From Lingula anatina (taxonomy: Eukaryota; Animalia; Brachiopoda): a stretch of 64,000 bases of DNA. A program made the position numbers and the translations under genes. Of this stretch, positions 26,058 to 38,359 are shown piece after piece (position 1 is the first letter of the stretch; every line of letters starts with the position of its first letter). Below the pieces are notes generated by a model. The model worked only from the letters and a program-made list of their open reading frames with translations. It did no database searches and was not told the origin of the DNA. The stretch covers positions 6,696,001-6,760,000 of the forward strand of contig CM120647.1 in the NCBI GenBank assembly GCA_051362555.1, read 5' to 3'.

Positions 26058-28734
26058 TAGTCCGGTTGCTTAGGGCAAAAAAATGGCCAAATCGTGACAC
26101 AGCGGATAAAAGCACCAAATTTTGCATGTGGGTACCTTTTGACATACTAAATCAAATTAGAGTCGTAGCCCACGGAAAAAAATTACCGTTTGGCCAAAAA
26201 ATCCAAAATGGCCGCCAATTTTTGAAATTTTGTAGAAATACATACATATCTATGTTGATTTTTACCAAATTAAGTATTTTCTCAATGTTTTCCACATCCT
26301 TATTACCCATATTATGCATATGTGTCAGATAACAAACTAGTGTCCTTGGACTTATTGAAAAATCCAAGATGGCCGCCGTGTGGCATAGGAATACTAGAAC
26401 GTACAAGGGTTTTCAACTAACTAATGCCAACTAGGAAGGTGCATTGCACACTATCTAATTAATTTTGTTTCTTATTACACAAATAATATATTTGTGGTGA
26501 GTAACTAACCTTTATTCACAGGCAATTCGAGAAAAATACAAGATGGCCCCCATATCAAAGGAATACTAGTATACACATAGGGCTTTTTCTGCCATGGAGA
26601 TATAATATTAATTGATAAATTAGGTTTGTTTCTGAGTATTTTCCACATCTTTTTAATTCACATAATACATATGTGATGAGAATGTTATGTGTATCCTTTT
26701 TGAAAACAAAACAAAACAAAATGGCTGCCATTAGCCATAGAAGGTAGGGTTCAGTTAATACCTGCGAGGGATAGGCTTACACATAAAATGAAGCTGAATT
26801 CAGTTGTTTTTCTGTTTTTTTAGTATTGTTATCCCATGATACATATTTGTTAGGTAATTAATGTCCATATTTTATCATTTTGGGGAAATCCAAGATAGCC
26901 TTCTTTTCCCCATAGGAAAACTGGTGCATTAGATTTTATAGGCACTTCTAAGGCAAATGAGGGTAATCATGATATTTTTTCAAAATACTTAAGGGTATAC
27001 ACTTGTTACCCACCAGATAGATATCTAAAAGTCCAAAAAGAATGTGTGAAATACCGAGAAACAAAATTCATTTTATATTGAACCCAATGTCTCTCTGGCA
27101 GTAGTTGACTGTACTATTCCTATTGTGAATTGCAGCAATCTTGAATTTTCTCAAATACGCAAGATGCACACTTGCTACACACCAGATTCATAAAGAGTAT
27201 GGTTAATAAGGATGTCTACATGTTTAAACATCAAAGGCTTTATTTCATGTTGGAATCAATGTCTGAACTGTTCTATTAATTGACACCTATGTGCATTTGA
27301 ATGATACATTCCTATGACAACTGGCAGCTATCTTGGGCTTCTCCGAATAATACTCAAGGATACATACACTTTCAAAACACACAGAGTCTTTCATAAGGAT
27401 AAATAGGATATGAAAAACATTTAAAAACGACCCAAAGTTAACTACATTTAAATCGCACTCAGTGTATCTCTAGCATTATTTGATAATGTGTTCGAATATT
27501 CTAATAACAAAAGGCAGACATCTTGAATTTTTCAGAATACCCAAAGATACACACATGCTACAGACCAGGTATACATCATAGGGGTAATAATAAATGGAAT
27601 GAAAAACATAAATTATTTTTAAAACAAACCCATGGAAATGTAATTGTATAATGAACCATATGCCTCTCTAGCAGCAATTGAAACCCACCCATTAGTATTC
27701 CTATGTTAAATTGTAGGTATCTTTTTCTCAGAATATCCAAAGATGCACACTATTTACCCACCAGATATATATCATAGGACTAATAAGGATGGGCAAAACT
27801 TGATAAGCAAACACAAATTCACCCTGGTAGTAGATGAAAAGCCATGGATGTGCAGTTGTTATTCCAGTAGTATTCCTATGGCCAGTGACGGCCATCTTGG
27901 GTTTTCTCAAAATGATCAAATATGCACATTTATTACCTGCTAGATATGTATCACAGTCTAATAATAATGTGTAAAACACTAAAAAAATAAACTGAATTTG
28001 ATAGTGAATTAGCTGGCATTAGTTCCAACCCTTTGTAATACTACAAGTATTCCTATTACATATGACGGCCATCTTGGATTTTCTCAAAATGCCCAAGCAT
28101 ACTGTTAGTTACTCACCACATACATATTGTGTGGGTAGAAAGGATGTGGAAAACACTCAGAAACCAGCTTAATTTGATAGTGAAAAACTAATCTTTCCAG
28201 TTGCCATTAGTTGAATCCCCCATATACTAAAATTCCTTTGGCACATGGCAGCCATCTTGGATTTTCCAAAATGCCCAAGAACACTTCGTAGTTACTCACC
28301 ACAAAAATATTATGTGGGTAACAAAGATCTGAGAAACAGACTTAATTTGATAGTGGACAACCTATCATTCTAGCTGGTAATAGTTGTGCACTAGTATTCA
28401 TATGGCTGTTTCTATGGCAAATGACAGCCATCTTGGATTTTTTTCAAAAATTCCAAGGGGACTTGTTTGCTATCTGACATATATGAATAAAATGGGTAAT
28501 AAGGGTGTGGAAAACTCTGAGAAAATAATTTATTTGATAAAAATCAACATAGGTATGTGCATATTTCTAAAGAATTCAATAAATTGGCTGCCATTTTGGA
28601 TTTTTTGTCCAAACGGTAATTTTTTTCCGTGGGCTACGGCTGTAATTTGATTTAGAATGTCAAAAGGTACCCACATGCAAAATTTGGTGCTTTTATCCGC
28701 CGTGTCACGATTTTTTCCTTAAGCCACCGGACTA
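26058..28734. mobile_element. Non-autonomous foldback DNA transposon with long (~300 bp) TIRs and TTA target duplication (PIF/Harbinger-like)
   Basis: tta|tagtccgg...ccggacta|tta. The arms share gcggataaaagcaccaaattttgcatgtgggtaccttttgaca; internal ~180-bp subrepeats containing caagatggc/gccatcttg. Confidence 0.75.
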
Positions 28735-30061
28735 TTATCTCCTACGAGTAAGACGTTGTAAAAATTATGATAATCTTTTGTATAGAGCAGTAAATTGTTT
28801 TTAAGCGACTTAAGTTTGCTTGTTATACCGAATATTAAAATAGAACGGGGAAAATACACCTACCAATAGTAAAAAAAACATGAAATAATTCCTTCTCCAA
28901 CTCATGGTCCAAATATTACATCAGAAATGCCAAACTATCATGGAATCACAATATATTTTTGGTCAGCAATTGAAAACACTGTTTTCTATTGCACCAGGTA
29001 CTTGAACAAAACAGTGGCGGAATTAGCGGGGGCCAGGGGGGGGGGGTCCTGAACCCCCTTTCGACTTGTGGTCCCCTTTTGAACTTTGAATTATGACTAG
29101 TTGAATCACAGTTCTAAACCCTGCCAAATGGCACCGTTCGCTCTCTCAAATACCAAATATTTTCGGGGCATTTTAGTGGGCCCCGAAACCCACGCCATGT
29201 GGTGGGGGGAGGGTTGGCTTAGTATCCGCGGACCCCCCCCCCTTTGAATTATCCTGGAACCGCCCCTGCAAAATGAAACTTTCTGACAATTCTGGGGAAT
29301 GTACGTTACTTAGTATTAGCAATGTCTCAAAGCCCCTTGAGTTACAGTTTAAATATTTATAAAATCATCCTCACGTCATGTATAATTTACCATGATTGAA
29401 TCACTAAAAAAATTAATCGGAATGCGCCATAAAAATTAAAATTAAATTACCCAGAACATCCTTTACCATACGTTTCCGGAACATACGTTACCATTTAGGG
29501 CTCTTTGCGCAATGTAAAGACATGGAAAAAATTAAAAATTTGAATTTAAATTGAGACAGTCGTGTATTTTTGTTCTATACACATATTTGTTTTAAAAATT
29601 GAAAACAACTTTGAATTCATTCAATTTTATTTTTGGGTATTAAAGCATGTGAAATGCACTTCTATATTGAGTTTGGGTGTCATTGCGTTCTAAAGTCGAT
29701 GTATTTCTTTTTTACCTTATATCACTATGGCAGTGAAAACGTCCCAAAAAGAGAAACCAAGTGTTTCATTAATTTAATATAACGGGTAGGTATCTAATTT
29801 TAGATACCACAATGTGTCAATATGGAAAAATAAGTCGTCACCCGGAAGGAAGGTTGTCCAATAATACTGAGAGCACGAATATCTACTATTGTATCTGTTC
29901 TTGGACCTCCCACTTTAACTACGTGTTCAAAGTCCATTCGATACCATGAACCCCTGACTATACGCCAAAAACCTATTTAAATAAATTCCTGTGCCGATAC
30001 GCAACACTTTCGCACAGAACGCTGACCTATTGACAACTAACTTGTTCACTATACAAGCAAC

Positions 30062-33000
30062 ATGTTTCTTTCAGGTTTACTCTGGTTCTTGCTGTTGGTG
30101 GCTCTGAATGATGTGATGGGAACGTCATGTGGTGGACCCCAGAATGGTCAAAAGGTAAGATTTTTTTCTTAGTTAATGTAGCATTTTAAATTGATGCAGG
30201 GATGCGCCTACACATCTATTATATACTTTACATCGTATAGTACAAGAGTGCATTAATGATTCACAAACGGCTGTTTCACAATCAGGGGTACAAAATAGGG
30301 GTTACATTGAAAGAAAAATCAACTGTGATGCATGTATTTTATTCTGTAACAGGTAAAAATAATAACACCTTAACTATGACATCCAAAAATTTCAGAGCAT
30401 TATATTAATGGTTAATGTGTTACTTGGGAGTACGGACACTACAGTAGGGGTACGGACACTACATTTGACACAAAATTCTTGCATATCTTTTCATAACAAG
30501 GGGTTATTACTATTTTCTTCCTGCAAAAAAAAAATGCCAGTGTGGACATACATTAATAATAAAATCAGACAGAATATGCTGTGATTCCTAAATAAAACAG
30601 AAGGGGGGTACGGACACTACAGAAATTATGAGACACCAAGGGGCTCATGATTATAAATACCACAGCATTGTTAATAATGGTTACACATGCACAACTCCTT
30701 TGTTATGTTTAAGTCATAACATGGTAAATTAATCTTATTATCACGTAGATGATTTCAAAGTAATGATCTAATATGTTTTTCATTGCATTTACAAAGTTAA
30801 ATGAAAATATGTATCAAAGCCTGTTGCAGCAAAATGGTTAAAATATTTTTTTCTTAGAATATATCTTTGGAAGAAGATGTTAAAAGAGAAGACATATGTT
30901 GTGGGAATTATAGACAAATATTATATTCACCATAAATCATTGACATAAAGAGCTAGTGCCTCACATTTATGACCTTAATTGCAAATGACCCATCGTAACA
31001 GCTAAAAATACTTGTTGAACACATGCTTGGCTATTTTTGTAAATTGTAGTCCGATTACCATATTTATTTATTTATTTATTTATTTGTTGTTCCTAGTAAC
31101 AGTGTCTTTGATATCAGTCTATCAGCAATCTCCAATCATAAATTGCTAATTTATCAGACACTTGTAACATTGTTCACCCTGATTGTGAAACAGCCGAAAC
31201 AAAATGTATAAGTTGGTTGATATATGGACAATTTTGGCTGCTTTATTTGGCAAACCGAATGTAGAATTATTACGAAATTTACAATATTTAACTAACTAGC
31301 CAGAAAACGTAACGTTGACTGCCAAGAGCACTAAAATATGACCTGGCCAAATAGTTTAATAATAAGCAACAAATAAAATAATTTTGTGCATCCTGGAGAA
31401 TCAGCTCATCGTGCTGTTGTTGGCCATATTTGTGCCATTAAATTTCACGCATCAATCGAAGTTCAGTGTCAAGAGATCCCCGTCAAATGGGCACCAATAT
31501 ATCGTTAATAGCAACAGGGAGTGGAATCACTGCCTTAAACCTCGGTCACAACCGGCCGCACGGGCTCTTACGGGCTGTTTGCGTCCAAATTTTGCGCAGA
31601 ATCTCACGTCCCACGCAAGTCCTTCTTACGCAATTTCGAGTTCGCAGACAGCCCGTAAGTACGTACGGAGGATGTTGGACATGTCCAAAAGATTTACGAA
31701 TAGCCTGCGAACAGCGAGGCCGCAAGCGTAACTTGCTCCCCACTCCCGGAGTTATCAAGAGAGACGCGCGTTGTGCAAATAGCACGTCTTGCAAGCAATG
31801 AAGGTGCATGTGCCCTTTGCGTGTTGAGTAAGGCGCACGCCCTCACAACTAACGAACAAAGTCGAGAGCACAATGGAAATGCGTCACACGTGCGTCACCC
31901 CCACGCCTGGTGTACGCTCGTGTCTTTACAATGAACGTCGACTGTGTTACGTGTACAACAATTTTCAAAATTTTCAAATTTTTGCACAATTTAGTTTCTA
32001 ATATGCCTCCAAATGGCAAGAGAAAGAAGCTTACATAGTCGAAAAAAGGGAGGAGGAAGAAGAAAGAAGAGGAGAACAGGAAGCAAAACTGACGCAAAGG
32101 GCACCACTTTCGCCGTGCGTTGCATTCCCTTCGTAAGTGGTGAGTGTGTGCCTCGTACACAGGAAGCAAGACAAACTCAAGAAATGAGCGTCCCTTGCAA
32201 TTAGCGTCCCTGCTTAAAAGGACATCTTGCGACTAGCACGGCAGACTTTCCTCTTCCTCTACGACCTCCACGGCCTCCGCAACACTCAAAAATCGCAGGG
32301 GACGTACGAGCGATCCTGAAATTCGTGCGTCCGGTTGTGACCGAGGCTTTAATTCATATCCATACTCAACAATATGCATGTATGGTAAATGCACGCTTAC
32401 ACACACTGGACAAAAGAAGTGTCACCCCCTACCTCAGAGTAATAAAAGTAGGCAGATCTTGGGTACTTATAATGCCTGGTCTAGTTATAATGTGACTAAT
32501 GAGTATAAAACCGCTATACCATGGAATTGTATTGTTGGTCTTGTACATGTACAGCAAATGTTATTCCTGTCTTCCTCCAATATGGCAAGATACAGGCAAT
32601 TTAACGGTTATAGGTTATTAACCTGAAGAGGCGGAATATAAGCAATGTCAGAATATCGATACAATTGAATTGTTCAGTCAGAACCGTGCAGAGGGTCTGG
32701 TCTCGGTATAGAAACTCTGGATCAAGGGACAAATTGCCTCTGATGGGTCGTCCAAGAAAAAAAATACTGGCCGTGAAGACCGACGACTGATTTTGATGTC
32801 CAGGTTGTCAAAGTTCGACACTGCTTGTCAGTTGACAACACAGTGGAACAATTTCACACATAAGAATGTGTCTGTGAAAATTGCTAGGCGTCGGTTACAT
32901 GCTCAGAGAGTGTACAGCAGGGTAGCAAGACTGAAACCTCTTATATCGTTACAAAACAGGCAACGTAGAGTAAATTAGGGTCAACAGGATCTGGAACTGG

Positions 33001-34397
33001 ACAGTTCATGACAATTGGTCCGAAATATTTTTTTCTGATGAGTGTCGCTTTGGTCTGACCTCTGATGACAGACGGTACTATGCTGGCAAACTGCTGGTAA
33101 AGCATTTGAACCACATGCACTGAATTTTCGAACCCGGAGCAGCATATTCATCATGGTGTGGGACTGCATCAGCATCCATGGCTTGGGCGAATTGATAGTG
33201 GTTAATGGAAACATGAATCAAAAGAAATATATCGATGTTTTGGAGTCAGGCTTGCTACCATCTATTACTAACATTTTTGGTGACAGGAATTATGCATTTG
33301 TTTACCAGGATGACTCCTTGTCACGGGCCCAGAGCAGTTGATGATTGGTTTGACCAACAGGACATTCGCAGGGTGATGTGGCCTGCCCAGAGTCCGGATG
33401 CAAACATAATAGAAAATGTGTGGAATGATATGTCAAAACTTTTCACAAATGCCCGTCTAACCAGCAGAGAAACTCTGTTATATTCAGTGTTTCATGCTTG
33501 GGCCAGCATAAGCCCTGAACGCATAAGACAATTATATGAAACCTTGCTTCGTAGACTGGCACCTATTATTAGGTCACGTGGCTATGCCACTAAGTACTAA
33601 TTTTGGACTTGGAACTGCATATTTTGGTAGAATGTATATTTTGTTCTCATTTTGTGATTTTTTGTGAAATTTGATGTTAATAAAATGATACCAGGAGCAT
33701 GTCATTCCACAGTCATTTATCACCCCCATTGTATTGGCTCAGTAGGGGTGACACTTCTTTTGTCCAGTGTGTGTAGGTTATTTTCACAAATTATTTTGTC
33801 TATGAATAATCTAAACTTTCATGAAGACAAACATCGTTTAATTATTATTATACATTTCATTAACTACAGGAAGGTCTGGACAAAGGGGATAAACGGCGTC
33901 ATAAATTGGCCCGCTTCTTTAAAATATTGGACGCTGACAATGACGGCTTCGTGGACAAACATGATTATGTCAGCAGGACTGTAGAAAGAGCCAGAGTATA
34001 TTTTGGGGCGGATAAGATCATCGCTTTCAATGAGACTCTCTCCAAAGGGTGGTCTTCCTTTTGGTCCATTCCAGAAGACGACTTTCTGGAAAGATTGGAC
34101 GTGACGGACTTCATTTTGAGCGACGTGGCCGTATATAATACCAACAGATATCAGCCGATGGTCAAACTTTGGGCAAAAGACGTATTTCGAGCAGCAGATG
34201 ATAACGATGATGAAGAGTTGAATGTCTTCGAGCACAAAGCCTTCCTTCAAGTCTTCAATGTTCACCAAGGCTTCAGTGATTCATTCAGTTATGACGACGA
34301 GAATCATAGTGGTGCCATCGAAAAAAAAGAGTTTGTCACAGCCGTTCTCGATTTTTTCTGCAACGGGTATGACGATTCTTTGTTTTTTGGTGAATAA
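30062..34397 (+). CDS. Secreted SCP/aequorin-fold EF-hand protein, paralog 4 (206 aa; exons 30062-30154, 33870-34397)
   Basis: MFLSGLLWFLLLVALNDVMGTSCGGPQNGQK|gtaag ... ctacag|EGLDKGDKRRHKLARFFKILDADNDG ... SLFFGE*. Intact; intron enlarged to 3.7 kb by three transposon insertions. Confidence 0.86.
30268..31196. mobile_element. Non-autonomous TIR element in the paralog-4 intron, 3-bp (AAA) target duplication
   Basis: cggctgtttcacaatcaggg ... ccctgattgtgaaacagccg; empty site visible in the paralog-3 intron (~20890). Confidence 0.75.
31538..32348. mobile_element. PIF/Harbinger-type MITE with TTA target duplication in the paralog-4 intron
   Basis: tta|aacctcggtcacaaccggccgcacg ... cgtgcgtccggttgtgaccgaggct|tta; empty site in paralog 3 (~21143). 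Confidence 0.78.
32400..33773 (+). mobile_element. Tc1/mariner transposon with disrupted transposase, TA target duplication
   Basis: ta|cacacactggacaaaagaagtgtcacccc ... ggggtgacacttcttttgtccagtgtgtg|ta. Fragments RVARLKPLIS, FFSDE, MVWDCIS..G.GEL, FVYQDD and WPAQSPDANIIENVW, broken by stops and frameshifts. Confidence 0.9.
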
Positions 34398-34919
34398 CCT
34401 TAACAAACACAATCTTGTTCATATGTTATTATGAAATTAACAATTATTACATTTGAAATATTCAGTCAATAGTACGAGATTTGCATATCGCGACCTACTA
34501 TGAAAAATAAATATACAGAAGCTCGATTCGTTTTCGTTTGTTATTAAAATGCAAGCATTTGTCTTTTTTATGGTGGGGGATTCAAAGGCTTACACAGGGT
34601 TTGGATGAAATGCATTTGTGAGAGGCATTCCACAAGCAAAAACAAACAATTGTACTTCTCGTAAAGCATACAAAAGACTACTGTCACTTCCCTCCACACG
34701 TAACATTTTCAACAGAATCTTCACTCCATTTGCTAAAGTTGATTTCAGCGATACTACAGGTTTCTTCGTGACTTTGCACTTGTTAGCAGTTCCCCTCCGG
34801 TGAGTGCTGTTGTTGCAGAAATGTTCCGAAGATGGGGCAACCATCTTTTAACCGTAGTATTATCCCTACTGAGAACACGTGACATGATTCGGAGTGTGTA
34901 ATGTAGCGGAGAATGAATC

Positions 34920-34922
34920 CAC

Positions 34923-34960
<38 letters not shown>

Positions 34961-35720
34961 TTCTTAAAACTGCGCTGTTTTCACTTACATACAAAATCTT
35001 AAAGTACAAAAAGTAATTAAAAAATACCATAAAGGTATTTAAAACTAAGAGATAAAAGTAAACTAAAATATTCATTAAATTAAATTTTTTAATTCTTTTT
35101 TAAACAGTAATAAGAGTCGTTCAAAGACACATTTGTCACATTAAAAAATTGGACCATAAAATTGGTGCAGCAATCTCAAAATTCCTATGACCATATGTTT
35201 TTAGAGTATTTTTGGTATCGTTTCGCTTGAGTTGAAATTGGCTACTGGAACGAAGGCTCCTAAGAGAAGTTAAAAGCTCTTTTATATTGTTCATTTAAAA
35301 TGGACAGTCGCCCTTTAAGAATTTAAAAATCAAAAGGAAAATCTTATAAACTATTCTTTGAGAGACTGGTAACCAATAAAGATCGCGGAGAACTAGTGTG
35401 ATGTTTTCGGACATCTGAGTTTTTCGAAGGAGACGAGCTTTCGAATTCTGAATAGATTGAAGTTTTTCCATTTGATAGTTAGGTATTCCGAACAAAAGGC
35501 TATTGCCATAAGTCTAGAAGTCACAAATGCATGAGTGATTAGCCCTGTTTGGTTGCTTTCAATAAGGTGAAGAATCTTAGATATTCGTTGAAGACTAAAA
35601 TATGATGATTTACACCCTTTGTTTTCATGACACATCTGTTGTTGATAACACCAAGGTCTTTAACTTCTGTGCTTGTTTTGATAACATAATCTCCAACTCC
35701 GATATTGTCTAATATGGCAC
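34920..35720 (-). mobile_element. Second copy of the L2/CR1-group LINE fragment (part of the inverted duplication)
   Basis: FGIPNYQMEKLQSIQNSKARLLRK..ITLVLRDLYWLPVSQRIVYKIFLL; reverse complement of the 1740-3700 copy; (AAT)n tail at ~34925. Confidence 0.75.
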
Positions 35721-36495
35721 TGTTTATGCCAAACTTAAGAAGTGAATTGGATCAGCTCCGCTTATTTCTTTAGTCAGTAAGCATCTTGAGCACAATGTTC
35801 CCACAAAAACCACTGTGATATCTCAATCGTAATTCCCGAATTTATCAAAATGAGTAAACACAGTCACATAACCGACTTGCTACTGTTGCGACGCTCTTAT
35901 GTAACTCCTACCTTTGTAAACTAGAGATACTTGAACAGAGCTTTGACTCATTTATTTGGAACATCACGTCTTTCAGTGAAGTTGATTATCAAATATTTCA
36001 CGCATTTAATTGGGTGTACCGTTCCGATATCCTTGAAGCCCTCAATATGCCGAGTCTGACACTACGACCACCTGAAAAAAAAAAACACCAATTACATAGT
36101 AAGTCATATTCATGCATGGATGGAGAGGGGAGTCACCTCATTGTTTTCAATTGGCACAGGCAACAGGTATGATCACCCCTTCCCTTTCATGTCTGTCGAA
36201 AGCTATTTCTTCTTAACAGCTTCTAGAGATAATGATTTTGATATCCAAACGTTCATGACATTAGCTGGCGGCATGTTACAGTATGTAGCATATATATAAG
36301 CCTAAATATAATGTGCTTTTTTCATTCAAACACTTTCTCCTTATTTCTAGAATCTAATATAGTAATATTGTCAACATTGATATTTATATAATCAACGCGA
36401 TTAATGAACTTGTTTATCACTATGACAAAACTGATAATCCAAACAGATAACAGAAAAGCTTACCAATACCCACTCTCTGGTTGGCAGCGATTTCT

Positions 36496-36924
36496 TTAAG
36501 GGGAAACGGGACTTTCTATGCAAGACCCGCCCTCACAATTGCTGCCAGTGCCGCATTTGCAAACACACGTAAAATACTCGGTCCACGGCTCATTTCCACG
36601 TGCAGCAATGACGGTGAAATTGGCTTGATCAACGCCTGTTCTGCATACATCGGTGTAAAGAGCGTTCATGGACGTGGTCTCACGACATTTGCTCTTCGGA
36701 TGAAAACAACTGCAAACGAGATGTTCCTCCGTGGATTCTGTGATGGTCTTCCATATAAGGACTGGCCGTTGGTCGTGTTGTAGATTGGTGATGTTGCAGA
36801 AGCTTTCTAGATCTGTGGCAGCCGATTTGTATCCCGGGGGAACAACGAACGGGAGTGCGTTATCTAGAAACACTGCTACTGTTATAACAACGGCAAAATT
36901 AAAAGCCGCACTGGTACGGAACAT
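36496..36924 (-). CDS. Single-exon secreted cysteine-rich protein (142 aa, 10 Cys), possibly cystine-knot-like
   Basis: Hydrophobic N-terminus MFRTSAAFNFAVVITVAVFLDNALP; CxC and CxCxC motifs; TATATAAAAA about 75 nt upstream; raised GC relative to flanks. Confidence 0.75.
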   Translation of the reverse strand: MFRTSAAFNFAVVITVAVFLDNALPFVVPPGYKSAATDLESFCNITNLQHDQRPVLIWKTITESTEEHLVCSCFHPKSKCRETTSMNALYTDVCRTGVDQANFTVIAARGNEPWTEYFTCVCKCGTGSNCEGGSCIESPVSP

Positions 36925-36999
36925 CTTGTTTTTGGCCTGTTATTTGTGACGACAAATGTCAGACAACTGCGCGTATGATATTTCACATGCTGCAGTATA

Positions 37000-37009
37000 T
37001 TTTTATATA
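37000..37009 (-). promoter_or_regulatory. TATA box (TATATAAAAA) of the Cys-rich gene
   Basis: Canonical TATA on the minus strand ~75 nt upstream of the ATG at 36924. Confidence 0.55.
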
Positions 37010-38359
37010 CACGCGCGCAAACATTTTTCGTTACGCAGTCAGTAATCAGACTCAGGAAATTGGAAATGGGCCATAATAATATACTGCCTTTTTTACGCCA
37101 CAAAATATAGTGCCTGAAACGTGCTACTAATATAGTGTCTCAAATATATATATTTGAAAATTACTTTTTAACACACACACACACACACCATGGAAATGAA
37201 AACGCCAAAATTTCTTTTTTTGGGAAGAAATATGTATTTATGTCGGTACTTTTTCACCTGCAGATGAGTATGCAGAACCCCCTCTCATTATCAATGCAGC
37301 AATTGTAGGCGTAACAGACAATTGCCCAATTTCCAGTTTGATGAAACCTATTACAAAACGGAAAGCACTGATAGAGTAATGAGCGACATTTATGGATTGA
37401 TCATTATAAAATAGGCTGGAAGGTTTACGGGACCGAAGTTATTTCTCGGATATGCTCCTCCGTCAAAATTACGAAACAATGGCAGTTTTAAAATGTTCAC
37501 TTATGTTTATATTCATAAACTAATGCAAATAGCCATTTCTGGTTACAACAAAAAGGAAATTTTGGCAAAAGATGGTGGGTGAGAACTCATGCACCAATAA
37601 TACAAAAATACGGTTTAAAAACAGGGTATACCCGCGCGGCGGCAATGAATCGGGCCAAAGACGAGTCACAGAACCAGGAATCTTTCCTTTTCCGAAGATA
37701 AAATGAAACCCATTAATTAAATATTTTACAGTGGAACCCATTTCCTAAGGGAAATCGCCGAGTGGGAAATGAGCAGTAGAAGTTTCCTGATTTTTATAAC
37801 ATATGCTGGAAGCATTACGGAGCCAAAGCTTTTTTCAAATATGCTGTGCACTAAAAATTATTGAAACAATCGGGGTTGACTATTAAAATTGCTTATGTAA
37901 AGAGGCATAGTAATCTTTTCGCCAATTTCGAGCATCGCCGTCATTTATTAGGCAGTCGAACACAGACTGAAAAATAAACATTTTCCTCGACATTTACACA
38001 AGACAGTCCCAGCATATTTTCCCGTATATCTGTGCCATTGCTGTATTTTTTTTCCTTATTCAATTACTCAATAACGGTATCAATAATGATAACAATAATC
38101 ATAATTATAATAATTATTATATTTTTCCTGGACTGCAAAACAAGCATAAAGCTGACATGTAATAATTAAATGGCAAATATTTAGCTCCAAATCGCTTTGT
38201 TATACTTGACTTATTTCAGGCTCGCATTGTCTTCAAATTTTGTCATCGAAAAAGTAAATATGCAAGGTTAAGACAGTCGGGCGTAAAAACTATAGTCATC
38301 CATTTGAAAAAACAGTCATGAAACTAGGTCGGAAACTGGGTCAAGCAAGTGGGTCATGG

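Noticed and set aside
27780-28450. Regularly spaced gccatcttggatttt repeats as a CRISPR-like array
   Set aside because: Eukaryotic context; the intervening sequences are similar to one another and lie inside a TIR element, so they are subrepeats.
31384-32204. Several overlapping 60-115 aa ORFs
   Set aside because: They fall largely within a GC-richer MITE and show no recognisable domains.
4229-34397. Calling the EF-hand genes true aequorin/obelin-type photoproteins
   Set aside because: The C-terminal His-Trp-Tyr triad that stabilises peroxy-coelenterazine is missing (aequorin EMTRQHLGFW...LYGG versus EFVKAGVDYF...LFFG), and the RHK in paralogs 3 and 4 is two residues out of register with aequorin's RHKHMFNFLD. 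Similarity to SCP is at least as good.
1370-36075. Inverted duplication as a haplotype or assembly artefact
   Set aside because: The arms differ by many substitutions, indels and distinct TE insertions.
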